A DNA stretch of 60,386 nt, from positions 1 to 60,386 of the forward strand of contig JBBSNI010000001.1 of NCBI GenBank assembly GCA_038232695.1, given 5' to 3'. The stretch comes from Cytophagales bacterium. Its GTDB lineage: Bacteria > Bacteroidota > Bacteroidia > Cytophagales > Cyclobacteriaceae. Numbering within the stretch: the first letter of the stretch is position 1; every line of letters starts with the position of its first letter. The notes beneath the pieces were generated by a model, which searched no databases, was not told where the DNA came from, and saw only the letters and a program-made list of their open reading frames with translations. Both the position numbers and the translations under genes were made by a program. Shown piece after piece: positions 39,164-49,776 of this stretch.

Positions 39164-39317
39164 CTCAATAATTGAGTATATTTGTATATAATCGGTAAGC
39201 TCAAAAAGCAGCCATTATAGATAAACAGGATATGGTAGAAACAGGCAATAGAAGGCTAAAAAGCAGGATTTGTGGCTGAAGGGCATAAAAAAAGCCTTTC
39301 CAAGAATGAAAAGGCAG

Positions 39318-39390
39318 TGGTGATGAGTGGACTCGAACCACCGACTCACGGATTTTCAGTCCGATGCTCTACCAACTGAGCTACATCACC
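39318..39390 (-). tRNA. tRNA-Phe (GAA)
   Basis: Reverse complement ggtgatgtagctcagttggtagagcatcggactGAAaatccgtgagtcggtggttcgagtccactcatcacca; -7 box at 39403-39410; terminator near 39290-39315. Confidence 0.95.
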
Positions 39391-39453
39391 ATAAGAAGGG
39401 TACAAAAGTAGATAATTTTTATTAGTGTCGCCAAAAATATTAAAAAAAATTAC

Positions 39454-40794
39454 ATGACAACAGGCATTCTTCCTCAACTGTTATTCCTGATCGTCGTGGC
39501 AATCGCCACTTTTTTTCTGGTCAAAAGAATTCGCCGCATTCGCAAAAACATATTGCTGGGCAGAGATGTGGATCGGAATGACCGCCAGCCGGAGCGTTGG
39601 AGAACCATGCTGCTGATCGCCTTCGGACAGAAAAAGATGTTCAAGCGGCCCATCGCGGCAGTCTTACACCTTTTCTTGTATGTAGGCTTTCTGGTCATCA
39701 ACCTGGAGGTGCTTGAGTTTGTGCTGGATGGTATTTTTGGTACCCACCGGCTGTTTGCCCCGGTAGTTGGTCATTTTTATACCATTCCCATCAATATTTT
39801 TGAATTTCTGGCGGTAGCCGTTATCGTATCCTGTGTGGTATTCCTCTGGCGGAGAAATGTGTTGAAGATCAGAAGATTTCAGGCAAGAGAACTAACGGCT
39901 TGGCCTAAGCTGGATGCTAATATTATTCTGGTAACTGAAATAGTGCTGATGCTGGCCATTCTGACCATGAACGCTACGGATCAAATCCTGCAAGACAGAC
40001 CTGAGGCACATTATCCGGACACCGGCACCCTTTTTTTTAGCTCGGCGCTGATCCCTTTATTTCAAAATCTGGATACAGCTACGCTGATATTGATAGAGCG
40101 ATTTGCCTGGTGGTTTCATATCATAGGTATTCTGGCTTTCGCCGTCTACATTACCTACTCCAAGCATCTTCATATCTTTATGGCTTTTCCAAATACCTAT
40201 TATTCCAAACTGGACCCGCCGGGAGAGATGGAAAATATGCCCAAAGTGACCCGGGAAGTACAGATCATGCTAGGCAATCAGCCGGAGAATGACAGCGCGG
40301 CGGAAGAAATTGGGCGTTTTGGTGCCAAAGATGTCAACGACCTGGCATGGACAGACCTCATGGGCGCCTATGCCTGTACCGAATGCGGGCGATGTACGGC
40401 AGAATGCCCCGCCAACCAGACGGGCAAAAAGCTCTCGCCCCGAAAGATCATGATGGATACCCGCGACCGGCTGGAAGAAGTGGGTAAGCAACAGGAGCAA
40501 AACGGATTGGAAGATGGCAAAACCCTGTTGGATGATTATATTCTGCGGGAAGAGATCAATGCCTGCACCACCTGCCAGGCCTGTATAGAAGCCTGTCCTA
40601 TTAACATCAATCCGCTCTCTGTGATACTACAGCTAAGGCGGTATGTAGCGATGGAAGAAGCGCAATCGCCAGCCTCGTGGAACGCCATGTATTCAAACAT
40701 TGAGAATAACTTCGCACCCTGGAAATTTCCGGCTACCGACCGCTTTAAGTGGGCAGAAGAACTGAAAGGAGCGGAGAAAAAAGTAGAAGATTAA
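39454..40794 (+). CDS. Membrane Fe-S oxidoreductase (FadF/HdrE-C-like) with two 4Fe-4S motifs
   Basis: Multiple TM helices, SKHLH, CTECGRCTAECP, CTTCQACIEACP. Confidence 0.85.
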   Translation: MTTGILPQLLFLIVVAIATFFLVKRIRRIRKNILLGRDVDRNDRQPERWRTMLLIAFGQKKMFKRPIAAVLHLFLYVGFLVINLEVLEFVLDGIFGTHRLFAPVVGHFYTIPINIFEFLAVAVIVSCVVFLWRRNVLKIRRFQARELTAWPKLDANIILVTEIVLMLAILTMNATDQILQDRPEAHYPDTGTLFFSSALIPLFQNLDTATLILIERFAWWFHIIGILAFAVYITYSKHLHIFMAFPNTYYSKLDPPGEMENMPKVTREVQIMLGNQPENDSAAEEIGRFGAKDVNDLAWTDLMGAYACTECGRCTAECPANQTGKKLSPRKIMMDTRDRLEEVGKQQEQNGLEDGKTLLDDYILREEINACTTCQACIEACPININPLSVILQLRRYVAMEEAQSPASWNAMYSNIENNFAPWKFPATDRFKWAEELKGAEKKVED

Positions 40795-40805
40795 ACAAAA
40801 CGTTC

Positions 40806-41600
40806 ATGATAGAAAATATTCAAATCCCTACCATGGCTGACATGGTAGCCAAAGGAGAAGAACCGGAAGTCCTGTTTTGGGTAGGTTGCGCCGGTTCTTA
40901 TGACGACCGTTATAAAAGAGTGACCAAAGCTTTTGTAAAAATTCTTAACAAAGTAGGTGTTAAGTTCGCCGTTCTGGGACAGGAAGAAGCTTGTACCGGC
41001 GATCCGGCGCGCCGGGCTGGCAACGAGTTTTTGTTCCAGATGCAGGCGGCTTCTAACATTGAGGTGCTTAATGGATATAACATCAAAAAGATCGTGACGG
41101 CTTGCCCACACTGTTTTAATACCCTGAAGAACGAATATCCTGAATTGGGCGGCAATTACGATGTCATACATCATGCTACCTTTTTACAGCAATTGATCAA
41201 CGAAGGCAAAGTAGGGTTAAAAGGGGGCGGCGCCTTCCGGGGTAAAAAAATCACGTACCACGACTCCTGCTACCTGGGCAGAGCCAACAATATATACGAA
41301 GCACCCCGGGAAGTATTAGCAGCTTTGGATGCTGACCTGATAGAGATGAAGCGGTGCCGCACCAAAGGTTTCTGTTGCGGAGCGGGCGGCGCCCAGATGT
41401 TCAAAGAAGCCGAACCCGGCAAGAAAGAAGTCAATATAGCAAGAACGGAGGAAGCCTTGGCTACAGGAGCGCAGACCATTGCCGTAGCCTGCCCGTTCTG
41501 TATGACCATGATGAGCGATGGCGTGAAGAACAAAGAGAAAGAAAAAGAAGTACAGGTCAGGGATTTAGCGGAGTTGATCGCAGAAAATGAAAATCTTTGA
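40806..41600 (+). CDS. CCG-domain (Fe-S)-binding protein
   Basis: WVGCAG, CTGDPARR, ACPHC, YHDSCYLGR, CCGAGG, ACPFC; start MIENIQ at 40806. Confidence 0.88.
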   Translation: MIENIQIPTMADMVAKGEEPEVLFWVGCAGSYDDRYKRVTKAFVKILNKVGVKFAVLGQEEACTGDPARRAGNEFLFQMQAASNIEVLNGYNIKKIVTACPHCFNTLKNEYPELGGNYDVIHHATFLQQLINEGKVGLKGGGAFRGKKITYHDSCYLGRANNIYEAPREVLAALDADLIEMKRCRTKGFCCGAGGAQMFKEAEPGKKEVNIARTEEALATGAQTIAVACPFCMTMMSDGVKNKEKEKEVQVRDLAELIAENENL

Positions 41601-41729
41601 TCATTGATTCATTATATAATTATCGAAGAGAAATACAAAGTTTAATCTGTCCGGCGTAAGACCTGAAGTGGGCATTCTTGTTCATGTTTTTGGAAAATTA
41701 GTCGCAGTTTCTTTACATCTATGTAACCC

Positions 41730-42548
41730 TTGATTCACATTAAAAATAAATTGGACGGTAATGAGCTTTTTAAAATCTCCCGTTTCAAAGAGGTGATCAA
41801 AAAGACTTCCCCGCACAAGCATGGGGACTATTATGAACTTATATTTCTCAATGGAGGAGAGGGATTTCATTGGATTGAAGCAGAAAATTATCAGATAAGT
41901 GCACCAGAGATCTATTTTTTAAAGCCAGGACAACTACATTGCTGGCAATTTACTGCCATCCCTAAAGGCTTTGTTGTCCTTTTCAAAGAAGAATTTTTTG
42001 ACCCGATCAAAGAAATGCATTTGATTGAGTTAATCAGGCGGATGGACACAACGACACATGTGGTGCTCCCGGGTTATTACCAGCCATCCTTTCTTTTTGA
42101 AGAAATATTTAGGGAATATCAGCAACCCACGGAATATTCAATCAACATGATTCATGGGTATCTCCGTGCCATTTTTTCCAAAGTCTTGCAATTGTCCAAT
42201 GTAGGGGCAAAGCCAAACAGTCACTACGGTTCACTTCATGAACAGTTTCTAGAATTTCTTTCCAAGAAATGTCCTGAACTGCATACGGTCAGTGAATTTG
42301 CATCCATGCTGCACACCTCTCCTCAAAACCTGAACGCATCATGCCGAAAGTATACGGCTAAAAGTGCCAGTGAGCATATTGCTGCGCAACTGCTTACAGA
42401 GGCCAAACGACACATTCTGCATACCGATAAGACCATCACTGAGATTGCGCACCTCCTCCACTTTAATGATGCCTCTTATTTTGTAAAATTCTTCAAGAAG
42501 CAAGCAGGAGTGACCCCTCTCAAATTCCGTGAAAGTCATTTTCAATAA
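41730..42548 (+). CDS. AraC-family regulator with cupin sensor domain
   Basis: PHKHGDYYE, PGQLH, EIAHLLHFNDASYFVKFFKK..GVTP; TTG start. Confidence 0.85.
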   Translation: MIHIKNKLDGNELFKISRFKEVIKKTSPHKHGDYYELIFLNGGEGFHWIEAENYQISAPEIYFLKPGQLHCWQFTAIPKGFVVLFKEEFFDPIKEMHLIELIRRMDTTTHVVLPGYYQPSFLFEEIFREYQQPTEYSINMIHGYLRAIFSKVLQLSNVGAKPNSHYGSLHEQFLEFLSKKCPELHTVSEFASMLHTSPQNLNASCRKYTAKSASEHIAAQLLTEAKRHILHTDKTITEIAHLLHFNDASYFVKFFKKQAGVTPLKFRESHFQ

Positions 42549-42709
42549 TACCATTTTTCTCCTGGATATTACCATAGTTTCTCATAAAAACTCTTTTAAA
42601 TTGCACTCAACTTGAAACGCAATGCTGTAAGCTTGTTTTCAAAATTACCAAGCTACTTCTGAGTCTTATGGATAGTGAGGTTAATGAAGGAAAGTAAGAA
42701 GCCTGGCTT

Positions 42710-43487
42710 ATGGAAATTATCATTATTTCGTTGGCGGCCTTTGTTACTGCTATCCTTACTTTCTTTTCAGGCTTTGGATTAGGGACGATTCTGACACCTG
42801 TTTTTGCGATTTTCTTTCCGATTGATCTGGCTATCGCACTGACTGGAGTGGTTTACTTCTTCAATAATGTATTCAAATTGTTGTTGGTAGGCAGAAAGGC
42901 AGACAAACGGGTGTTAATTTGCTTCGGTATACCAGCAGTAATCGCTGCGTTGGCAGGTGCTTGGTTGTTATTGAACATTACGGATTTAGAGCCCTTGTTT
43001 CGCTATTCTATCGGTCGGTAGCCAACCATTGCTGGTAACACCAGTAAAATTTATTATTTCAATCTTACTCATTTTATTCGCTTTGATTGGTTTGATTCCA
43101 TTCTTCGACAAGCTGCAATTTGGTAAAGAAAAACTACCATTGGGTGGCGCATTGAGTGGCTTTTTCGGAGGATTATCCGGCCATCAGGGCGGTTTGCGCT
43201 CTGCTTTTCTGATCAAAGCGGGTCTCTCTAAAGAGGCTTTTATCGGCACGGCAGTGGTAGTGGCTTGTTTTATTGACTTTACCCGGCTGGCAGTCTATGC
43301 TACCCGTTTCGGACAATCAGGACTAAAGGAGAATCTGCCGCTGGTGGTAAGCGCTACCCTTGCGGCTATTGTAGGCGCTTATCTGGGCAACAAATTATTG
43401 AAGAAAATTACGCTACGCTTTATCCATCGCCTGGTAGCTGTGATGTTAATATTGATTTCCCTGGCGTTAGGCGCCGGATTTATTTGA
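42710..43487 (+). pseudogene. Sulfite exporter TauE/SafE (TSUP) family gene, frameshifted
   Basis: FSGFGLGT in the first ORF and SGFFGGLSGHQG in the second; removing one copy of the duplicated CGGT (43012-43019) restores a single frame. Confidence 0.85.
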
Positions 43488-43503
43488 AGCAGTTTATACG
43501 ATA

Positions 43504-44919
43504 ATGATCGAAAAAAAACTACCCTACACAACCAAATCTGGCACGGCTATCATCAGTCCGTTAATGCTGATGCTTTTTTTATGGCCATTTAACTTCGCCT
43601 TCGGACAAAATGACCTGAATGCATTGCTTGACCTCGCCGAGCAGAATTATCCGTCTATCGCTGCGGAACGGGGGCAGGCAGATGCTTCCAAAAACCGGCT
43701 CTCTTTAGAAAAAAACACGTTCCTTCCCTCGCTGGATGCTACCTATGAAGCCAATTATGCTACTTTTAACAACATCACCGGCATGAATTATCCGGGAACC
43801 ACCGTCCCGATCAGCGGTCCGCCATCGCCTGAAAATTATAGTGAGATGGTACCTGGCTCAGGGGCCGGGCTTATCCTAAGGTGGTCGCCCATCACCTTCG
43901 GCCAGAGGTCAGCTGCTATCGCCTACTATAGGAATTTGTATGAACAGCAACTGGCTGGTGTGGAGGATGAAATCTTGCAGGTAAAATTCCGGGTAGCCTT
44001 CCTGTACCTGGACATTGTGGGTACGCAGGAGTTGATCAAAGCTTATGAGAAAAATATTGATCGCAATGTGTTTAACGTGAAGCAGGTGGCTGCCTTGGTC
44101 ACTGCCGGTCTTCGTCCGGGTGTGGACAGCCTGAAATTCAGAGGAGAACTCTCCAAAGCCAGCACTGAGCTATACGGTTTGCAAAACCTGCTGCAAACCC
44201 AGATACAAGAACTCATGGAACTGCTGGCGACCGAGGATCTACAGGATTTTGCGCCCACTTCCTTTCTTTTTGAGAATCTACCTGCTCCCGTCGTATCCTC
44301 AGACACTATCCAGAATCCATTGCTGACCATCGCGCAGTATGAAGTAGCTGCCCAGGAAGCCCAGCTCAGGCAAGCAAAACGCTCCTGGCTGCCTCGCATA
44401 GAACTCTGGGGCACTGCCTACGCCCGGGGTTCGGGCGTCCGGTATAATGGGGGTGGTACCGACAACAGACCTATCCTTACCCCTTCCGAAGGATGGCAGT
44501 TTAGTCGTTACAATCAAGGAATTGGCGCACAGATTGTCTTTCCTATCCTCGGTCTGACGAATATAAACCTGCAAAACCGTCAGCAAAAAGCTTTGCTGGA
44601 GTCCTCACAAAACGTACTCAAACAGACACAGCTTAATCTCAGAAAACAGGAAAATATTGCCCTCGGAGACCTCACGACCGCTTTGAAGGTAGCCAAAGAA
44701 ATACCGACAGAATATGAGGCGAGCGAAAGAGCCTATCGTGCCCTGCAAACCCGCTATACCACCGGGCTGATAGATTATACCGAAATTATATTGGCCCAGT
44801 ACGATCTGCTGAATGCAGAAGCACGTCTGAAAAATGCCTACGTCAATGCCTGGAAGTCACTGCTAAGGCTGGCTGTTGTCCATGGGGATATGCGTATTTT
44901 TTTGAATCAGGTAGATTGA
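43504..44919 (+). CDS. TolC-family outer membrane efflux protein
   Basis: AEQNYPSI, FLPSL, WLPRI, RYTTGLIDY; upstream of the RND permease. Confidence 0.85.
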   Translation: MIEKKLPYTTKSGTAIISPLMLMLFLWPFNFAFGQNDLNALLDLAEQNYPSIAAERGQADASKNRLSLEKNTFLPSLDATYEANYATFNNITGMNYPGTTVPISGPPSPENYSEMVPGSGAGLILRWSPITFGQRSAAIAYYRNLYEQQLAGVEDEILQVKFRVAFLYLDIVGTQELIKAYEKNIDRNVFNVKQVAALVTAGLRPGVDSLKFRGELSKASTELYGLQNLLQTQIQELMELLATEDLQDFAPTSFLFENLPAPVVSSDTIQNPLLTIAQYEVAAQEAQLRQAKRSWLPRIELWGTAYARGSGVRYNGGGTDNRPILTPSEGWQFSRYNQGIGAQIVFPILGLTNINLQNRQQKALLESSQNVLKQTQLNLRKQENIALGDLTTALKVAKEIPTEYEASERAYRALQTRYTTGLIDYTEIILAQYDLLNAEARLKNAYVNAWKSLLRLAVVHGDMRIFLNQVD

Positions 44920-44985
44920 GTGAAAAATTAAAAGTGAATAGTGAAAAACGTATGAGTTATAGTTCACTTTAAACTTAAACAAGAT

Positions 44986-47900
44986 ATGAAATTAATAGAA
45001 GGAGCGTTGAGCAAGCCCATCACCATCATTGTGGCTGTCATGGCTATCTTGTTTTTTTCGGTGCTGGCGATCAGCAGTATGAAGGTGGATATTTTCCCCA
45101 CCTTTGGGCTGCCGACCATTTATGTGGCGCAACCCTACGGAGGTCTCTCCCCGGAGCAAATGGAAGGGTTCGTGACCTCTTATTACGAATACCATTTTTT
45201 GTATGTCACCGGGGTGAAAGCGGTAGAGTCCAAATCCGTGCAGGGAAATGCATTGATTAAAATTATTTTCCACGAAGGTACGGACATGAGCCAGGCCGCT
45301 GCCGAAGTGGTGGGCTACGTGAACCGCTCCAGAGCTTTTATGCCACCCGGTACCGTGCCGCCCTTTATTACCCGCTTTGATGCGGGAAGTGTGCCGGTAG
45401 GGCAGTTGGTTTTTACTTCTGAAACCAAAACTTTGGGTGAGATTCAGGATTTGGCACTGTTCAAAGTCCGTCCCATGTTTTCTACGCTTCCGGGCGTATC
45501 CGCTCCGCCTCCTTTTGGTGGCAGCCAGAAGACGGTGATCATCAAAGTAGATCCCGAAAAGGTCAGGAACTACAACTATACGCCGGATGAGATTGTCCAG
45601 GCACTGGCCACCTCCAATACCATTTCTCCGGCGGGCAATATCCGCATGGGTGATGAAATGCTGATCACTCCGCAAAATACTGTGGTAGAAGATGTGCAAG
45701 AATTGGGAAATATTCCTCTGAAGTTAGGAGAAGGCGCTTCGGTCTACCTTCGGGATATTGCCAACGTAGAGATCGGTTCTGACATCACCACAGGCTATGC
45801 GCTGGTGGATGGAGCACGCTCGGTGTATATCCCTGTCACCAAAAGAGCCGATGCTTCTACCTGGGATGTGGTCAAACGGGTGAAAGAAAACCTGCCAGCC
45901 ATGCAGGCCGCCGTGCCCGGTGATATTGAGGTTTCGTATGAATTTGATCAGTCCGGGTATGTCATCAATTCTTTGAAAAACGTACTCTTTGAGGGCGGAC
46001 TGGGCGCGATTCTGACTGGCCTGATGGTGCTGTTGTTCTTGGGCGACCGCCGGGCGGCACTGATCGTCGTGCTTACCATTCCGATCGCTTTATTAACCAG
46101 CGTGATCTGTCTGAATATGATCGGGCAGACTATTAATATCATGACCCTGGGCGGGCTTGCCCTCTCGGTAGGGATTCTGGTGGACGAGGCTACGGTTACT
46201 ATTGAAAATATACATCGTCATTTAGAAATAGGCAAATCCAAAGCCAAAGCGATCCTGGATGGCTGTAAAGAAATTGTCACGCCAAAGCTATTGATTCTGT
46301 TCAGCATACTGGCGGTATTTGCCCCGGCGCTGTTTATGTCCGGCGTTCCCCGAGGCATGTTTATGCCGATGTCTTTGGCGGTAGGCTTTGCCATGATCGC
46401 CTCCTTCCTATTGTCCATGACCTTTGTGCCCGTAATGTCCGTGTGGCTGATGAAACCACTGAAGCATCAGGAAAATGAACAGGGCAGGTTCGCCCGCTTT
46501 AAGAATAAGTATCTCAATCTTGTCAATAAGCTTTCTTTGAGAAGCGGGCTGGCCTTGCTAACCTACTTCGTGGTGGCCATAGGAATAGCAACGATTGGAT
46601 TTTTTACCATTGGCCTGGAAATATTTCCCAAAGTAGATGCCGGGCAAACCCAGGTGCGCCTGCGTATGGCCACCGGCACCCGGATAGAACGTACCGAAGA
46701 AGCTACGCAGTCATTGCTCAGAACCGCTGAAGACATTGTAGGGAAAGGCAATGTGGAAATCAGCTCTGCCTTTGTCGGAACACAGCCATCGAGCTACCCG
46801 GTCAACCTCATCCACTTGTGGACCAGCGGCCCACATGAAGCGGTGATCAAGATCAATCTGGCCGAAGGCGCGGATTACCCTATTGAACAGTTTAAAGAAG
46901 CATTAAGAGACAGGTTCAAAAAAGATTACCCCAACGCAAAATTATCCTTTGAGCCGGGCGATCTGGTAGACCAGATATTGAACCTGGGTTCCACCAACCC
47001 GATTGAAGTGGCCGTGCTAGGTAAAAATTTGGAATCATCCCTGAGCATCGCCCAACGGCTGGAAAGTAATTTAAAGCAGATAGATTATTACCGGGATGTT
47101 CAAATTGCGACGCCCCTGGATTATCCGGGACTGGAAATTGACATAGACCGCGTAAAAAGCGGGCAGTTTGGCTTAACGGTCAACGATATCTCCCAGTCTA
47201 TGGTGACCGCTACTTCTTCCAGCCGGTTTACCCAGCCCAACTACTGGCGCGACCCGGCCAGTGGCAATGCGTACCAGGTGCAGGTAGAGTACCCACAGTA
47301 CCAGATGAATAGTCCCGAAGACCTGGAGATGATTCCTGTGGTGAACAAACCCGACAAAAAGGTGTACCTGCGCGATGTAGCCGATTGGAACAGAATTACC
47401 ACCCCGGCAGAGTATGATCGCCTCAACCAGCAACGCTATATTACGCTGACCGCTAATATTCATGACCAGGATCTGGGTTCCGCCATTGAAGCGCTGGATG
47501 AAGCCATCGCCGGTTTAGGTGAACTGCCCGAAGGGGTCAGAATCCTGCAAAGAGGACAGGTAGATTTATTAGACCAGACGCTGGGTGAACTACAACTGGG
47601 CCTGTTGATTGCCGTGATTGTTATCTTCCTGATGCTGGCGGCTAACTTGCAGTCCTTTAAAATTTCCCTGGCTACCGTGTCTATCATTCCGGCGGTGATC
47701 ATGGGTTCGGTGCTGCTTTTGCTGCTGACGGGCCATACCCTGAATATTCAATCCTATATGGGCGCGATTATGGCCGTGGGTGTAGCCATCGCCAATGCCA
47801 TTTTGTTTGTCACCAATGCCGAAGACCAGCGCAAAGCAGGGGATACGCAGGCGCACTTCTCGGCAGCTTCCAATCGTGTACGTCCTATTCTGATGACCAG

Positions 47901-48126
47901 CTTTGCCATGATCGCCGGTATGCTGCCGATGGCACTTGGACTGGGAGAAGGCGGCGACCAAATTGCCCCGCTGGGCGTGGCCGTGATCGGAGGGTTATTA
48001 CTTTCTATGATCAGTACGCTGCTTTTCCTGCCGTTGGTCTACCGCGGCTTGATTGGCAGGCAGCATTTCCAGAGCGTATCGCTCAATCCAGAGGATCAGC
48101 AAAGTAAATATTTTGAGAGAAATTAA
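44986..48126 (+). CDS. RND efflux permease (AcrB/CusA family)
   Basis: 1046 aa; GILVDEATVTIENI, RVRPILMTSFAMIAGMLPMA. Confidence 0.93.
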   Translation: MKLIEGALSKPITIIVAVMAILFFSVLAISSMKVDIFPTFGLPTIYVAQPYGGLSPEQMEGFVTSYYEYHFLYVTGVKAVESKSVQGNALIKIIFHEGTDMSQAAAEVVGYVNRSRAFMPPGTVPPFITRFDAGSVPVGQLVFTSETKTLGEIQDLALFKVRPMFSTLPGVSAPPPFGGSQKTVIIKVDPEKVRNYNYTPDEIVQALATSNTISPAGNIRMGDEMLITPQNTVVEDVQELGNIPLKLGEGASVYLRDIANVEIGSDITTGYALVDGARSVYIPVTKRADASTWDVVKRVKENLPAMQAAVPGDIEVSYEFDQSGYVINSLKNVLFEGGLGAILTGLMVLLFLGDRRAALIVVLTIPIALLTSVICLNMIGQTINIMTLGGLALSVGILVDEATVTIENIHRHLEIGKSKAKAILDGCKEIVTPKLLILFSILAVFAPALFMSGVPRGMFMPMSLAVGFAMIASFLLSMTFVPVMSVWLMKPLKHQENEQGRFARFKNKYLNLVNKLSLRSGLALLTYFVVAIGIATIGFFTIGLEIFPKVDAGQTQVRLRMATGTRIERTEEATQSLLRTAEDIVGKGNVEISSAFVGTQPSSYPVNLIHLWTSGPHEAVIKINLAEGADYPIEQFKEALRDRFKKDYPNAKLSFEPGDLVDQILNLGSTNPIEVAVLGKNLESSLSIAQRLESNLKQIDYYRDVQIATPLDYPGLEIDIDRVKSGQFGLTVNDISQSMVTATSSSRFTQPNYWRDPASGNAYQVQVEYPQYQMNSPEDLEMIPVVNKPDKKVYLRDVADWNRITTPAEYDRLNQQRYITLTANIHDQDLGSAIEALDEAIAGLGELPEGVRILQRGQVDLLDQTLGELQLGLLIAVIVIFLMLAANLQSFKISLATVSIIPAVIMGSVLLLLLTGHTLNIQSYMGAIMAVGVAIANAILFVTNAEDQRKAGDTQAHFSAASNRVRPILMTSFAMIAGMLPMALGLGEGGDQIAPLGVAVIGGLLLSMISTLLFLPLVYRGLIGRQHFQSVSLNPEDQQSKYFERN

Positions 48127-48133
48127 ATAAAAA

Positions 48134-49234
48134 ATGAAGCAACCTATTATTTATTCCGTCATTGTCTTTTTTCTAACCTTATACCTGACTTCCTGTGGAG
48201 AGAAAAAGCAGGCTGCCGAAGCTTCACACGCGGAAGAAGATGCCAAACAAGCCTTTATGTTGAAAAAGCAATCCGTAGGAAAAGCATTAAAATTACCTGC
48301 TGAACTACTGCCTTATGAGCGTGCGGAAATGAATGCCAGGGTAGAGGGATTCGTCCGGAAAGTGATGGTGGATATCGGGGACAAAGTCAAAGCAGGCCAG
48401 GTATTAGCCGTGCTGGAAGCCCCGGAAGCGGCAGCCCGCTATGCAGAAGCCACCGCCCAGCAGCAGGAAGCCAAAGCGCGTTACATGGGAAGCCTGGACC
48501 GTTTTCAGCGCCTCAGTGCAGCAGCGAAAGAAGAGGGCGTCATCGCAGAAAGCGAACTGGTTAATGCCAAAAATCAAATGCTGGCCGACAGCGCCGCCAT
48601 CGCATCCGCCCAATCCACTGCCCGGGTTTACCAGCAGTTGCAGGATTACCTGACCGTCAGGGCTCCCTTTGCAGGCGTAATCACCAGCCGAACCATTGAT
48701 CCGGGCGATCTGGTAGGCAACAGTTCTACCAATCAACCGCTTTTTACCGTAGAGCAACCTGACAGGCTTCGCTTGCGGGTGCATGTGCCGGAGGCTTATG
48801 TCAACAGCATTCCGGCGGGTGAACCGCTTAGCTTTACCACCAACGCCGTAGTAAGCAAATCTTTTGAGGCTGATCTTTCCAGAAAATCAAGCCGTATTGA
48901 TCCGGCTACCCGCACCGAGCTTTGGGAATATGAATATGAAAATACCTCCGGAGAATTAAAGCCGGGCATGTATACCACCGCCCAGTTTAACCTCAAGAGG
49001 CAAAACGAATCTTTTGTCGTGCCCTATACCGCTGTAGCGACTACCCTTGAGCGGAAATTTGTTGTGCGTATAAAAAATGGAAAAGTAGAATGGGTAGATG
49101 TGCGGCAAGGCATTTCCATGAATGATGGCGTGGAAATTTTTGGTGATCTCAATGAGGGAGATACGCTGCTAAGCAGAGGAAGTGATGAAATTAAAGCGGG
49201 TTCAAGCATTAGAGTAGATCTTCAAAATCCATAA
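48134..49234 (+). CDS. RND periplasmic adaptor (MFP) lipoprotein
   Basis: Lipobox LTSC; ARVEGFV..V.VDIGDKVKAGQ; VRAPFAGVI; LKPGMY. Confidence 0.9.
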   Translation: MKQPIIYSVIVFFLTLYLTSCGEKKQAAEASHAEEDAKQAFMLKKQSVGKALKLPAELLPYERAEMNARVEGFVRKVMVDIGDKVKAGQVLAVLEAPEAAARYAEATAQQQEAKARYMGSLDRFQRLSAAAKEEGVIAESELVNAKNQMLADSAAIASAQSTARVYQQLQDYLTVRAPFAGVITSRTIDPGDLVGNSSTNQPLFTVEQPDRLRLRVHVPEAYVNSIPAGEPLSFTTNAVVSKSFEADLSRKSSRIDPATRTELWEYEYENTSGELKPGMYTTAQFNLKRQNESFVVPYTAVATTLERKFVVRIKNGKVEWVDVRQGISMNDGVEIFGDLNEGDTLLSRGSDEIKAGSSIRVDLQNP

Positions 49235-49238
49235 ATTA

Positions 49239-49700
49239 ATGAATACATCTAAGTTGACTCACACTGACCATGCAAAAACCACTTTGATTATCCGGTTGAT
49301 GGTAGGCGCTGTCTTTTTGTCGGAGGGTATACAAAAGTTTCTTTTTCCTGATACCTTAGGCCCCGGACGATTTGAAAAGATGGGCTTTCCAAGCCCGGAG
49401 TTCTTTGGGTATTTTGTAGGTACTTTTGAAATACTAGCCGGGCTGCTGATGCTTTTTGGCTTTTTAACCCGACTTGGTGCTCTGGCTATGCTCATTAACA
49501 TGACAGTAGCCATCCTAACCACCAAGCTACCCATTTTATTAGGTGCTGATTTAGGACCTTTTCAGGTAAGGGATCTAGACAGCTATGGCTTCTGGAGTAT
49601 GGCCCATGAAATGCGAACTGACTATGCCATGTGGCTAGGAAGCCTTTTCTTGCTTATTAAGGGAGGTGGAAGCTATTCTATTGATATAAAGTTGTGCTGA
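49239..49700 (+). CDS. DoxX family membrane protein
   Basis: IRLMVGAVFLSEGIQKF, EILAG...GFLTR, GGGSYSID. Confidence 0.85.
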   Translation: MNTSKLTHTDHAKTTLIIRLMVGAVFLSEGIQKFLFPDTLGPGRFEKMGFPSPEFFGYFVGTFEILAGLLMLFGFLTRLGALAMLINMTVAILTTKLPILLGADLGPFQVRDLDSYGFWSMAHEMRTDYAMWLGSLFLLIKGGGSYSIDIKLC

Positions 49701-49776
49701 TAGCTTAAAAAGTAAACCATAAGTCATATAGTTTACACTTTTGTGTTTATATTAGATTACTTAATTTCTTTCTATC

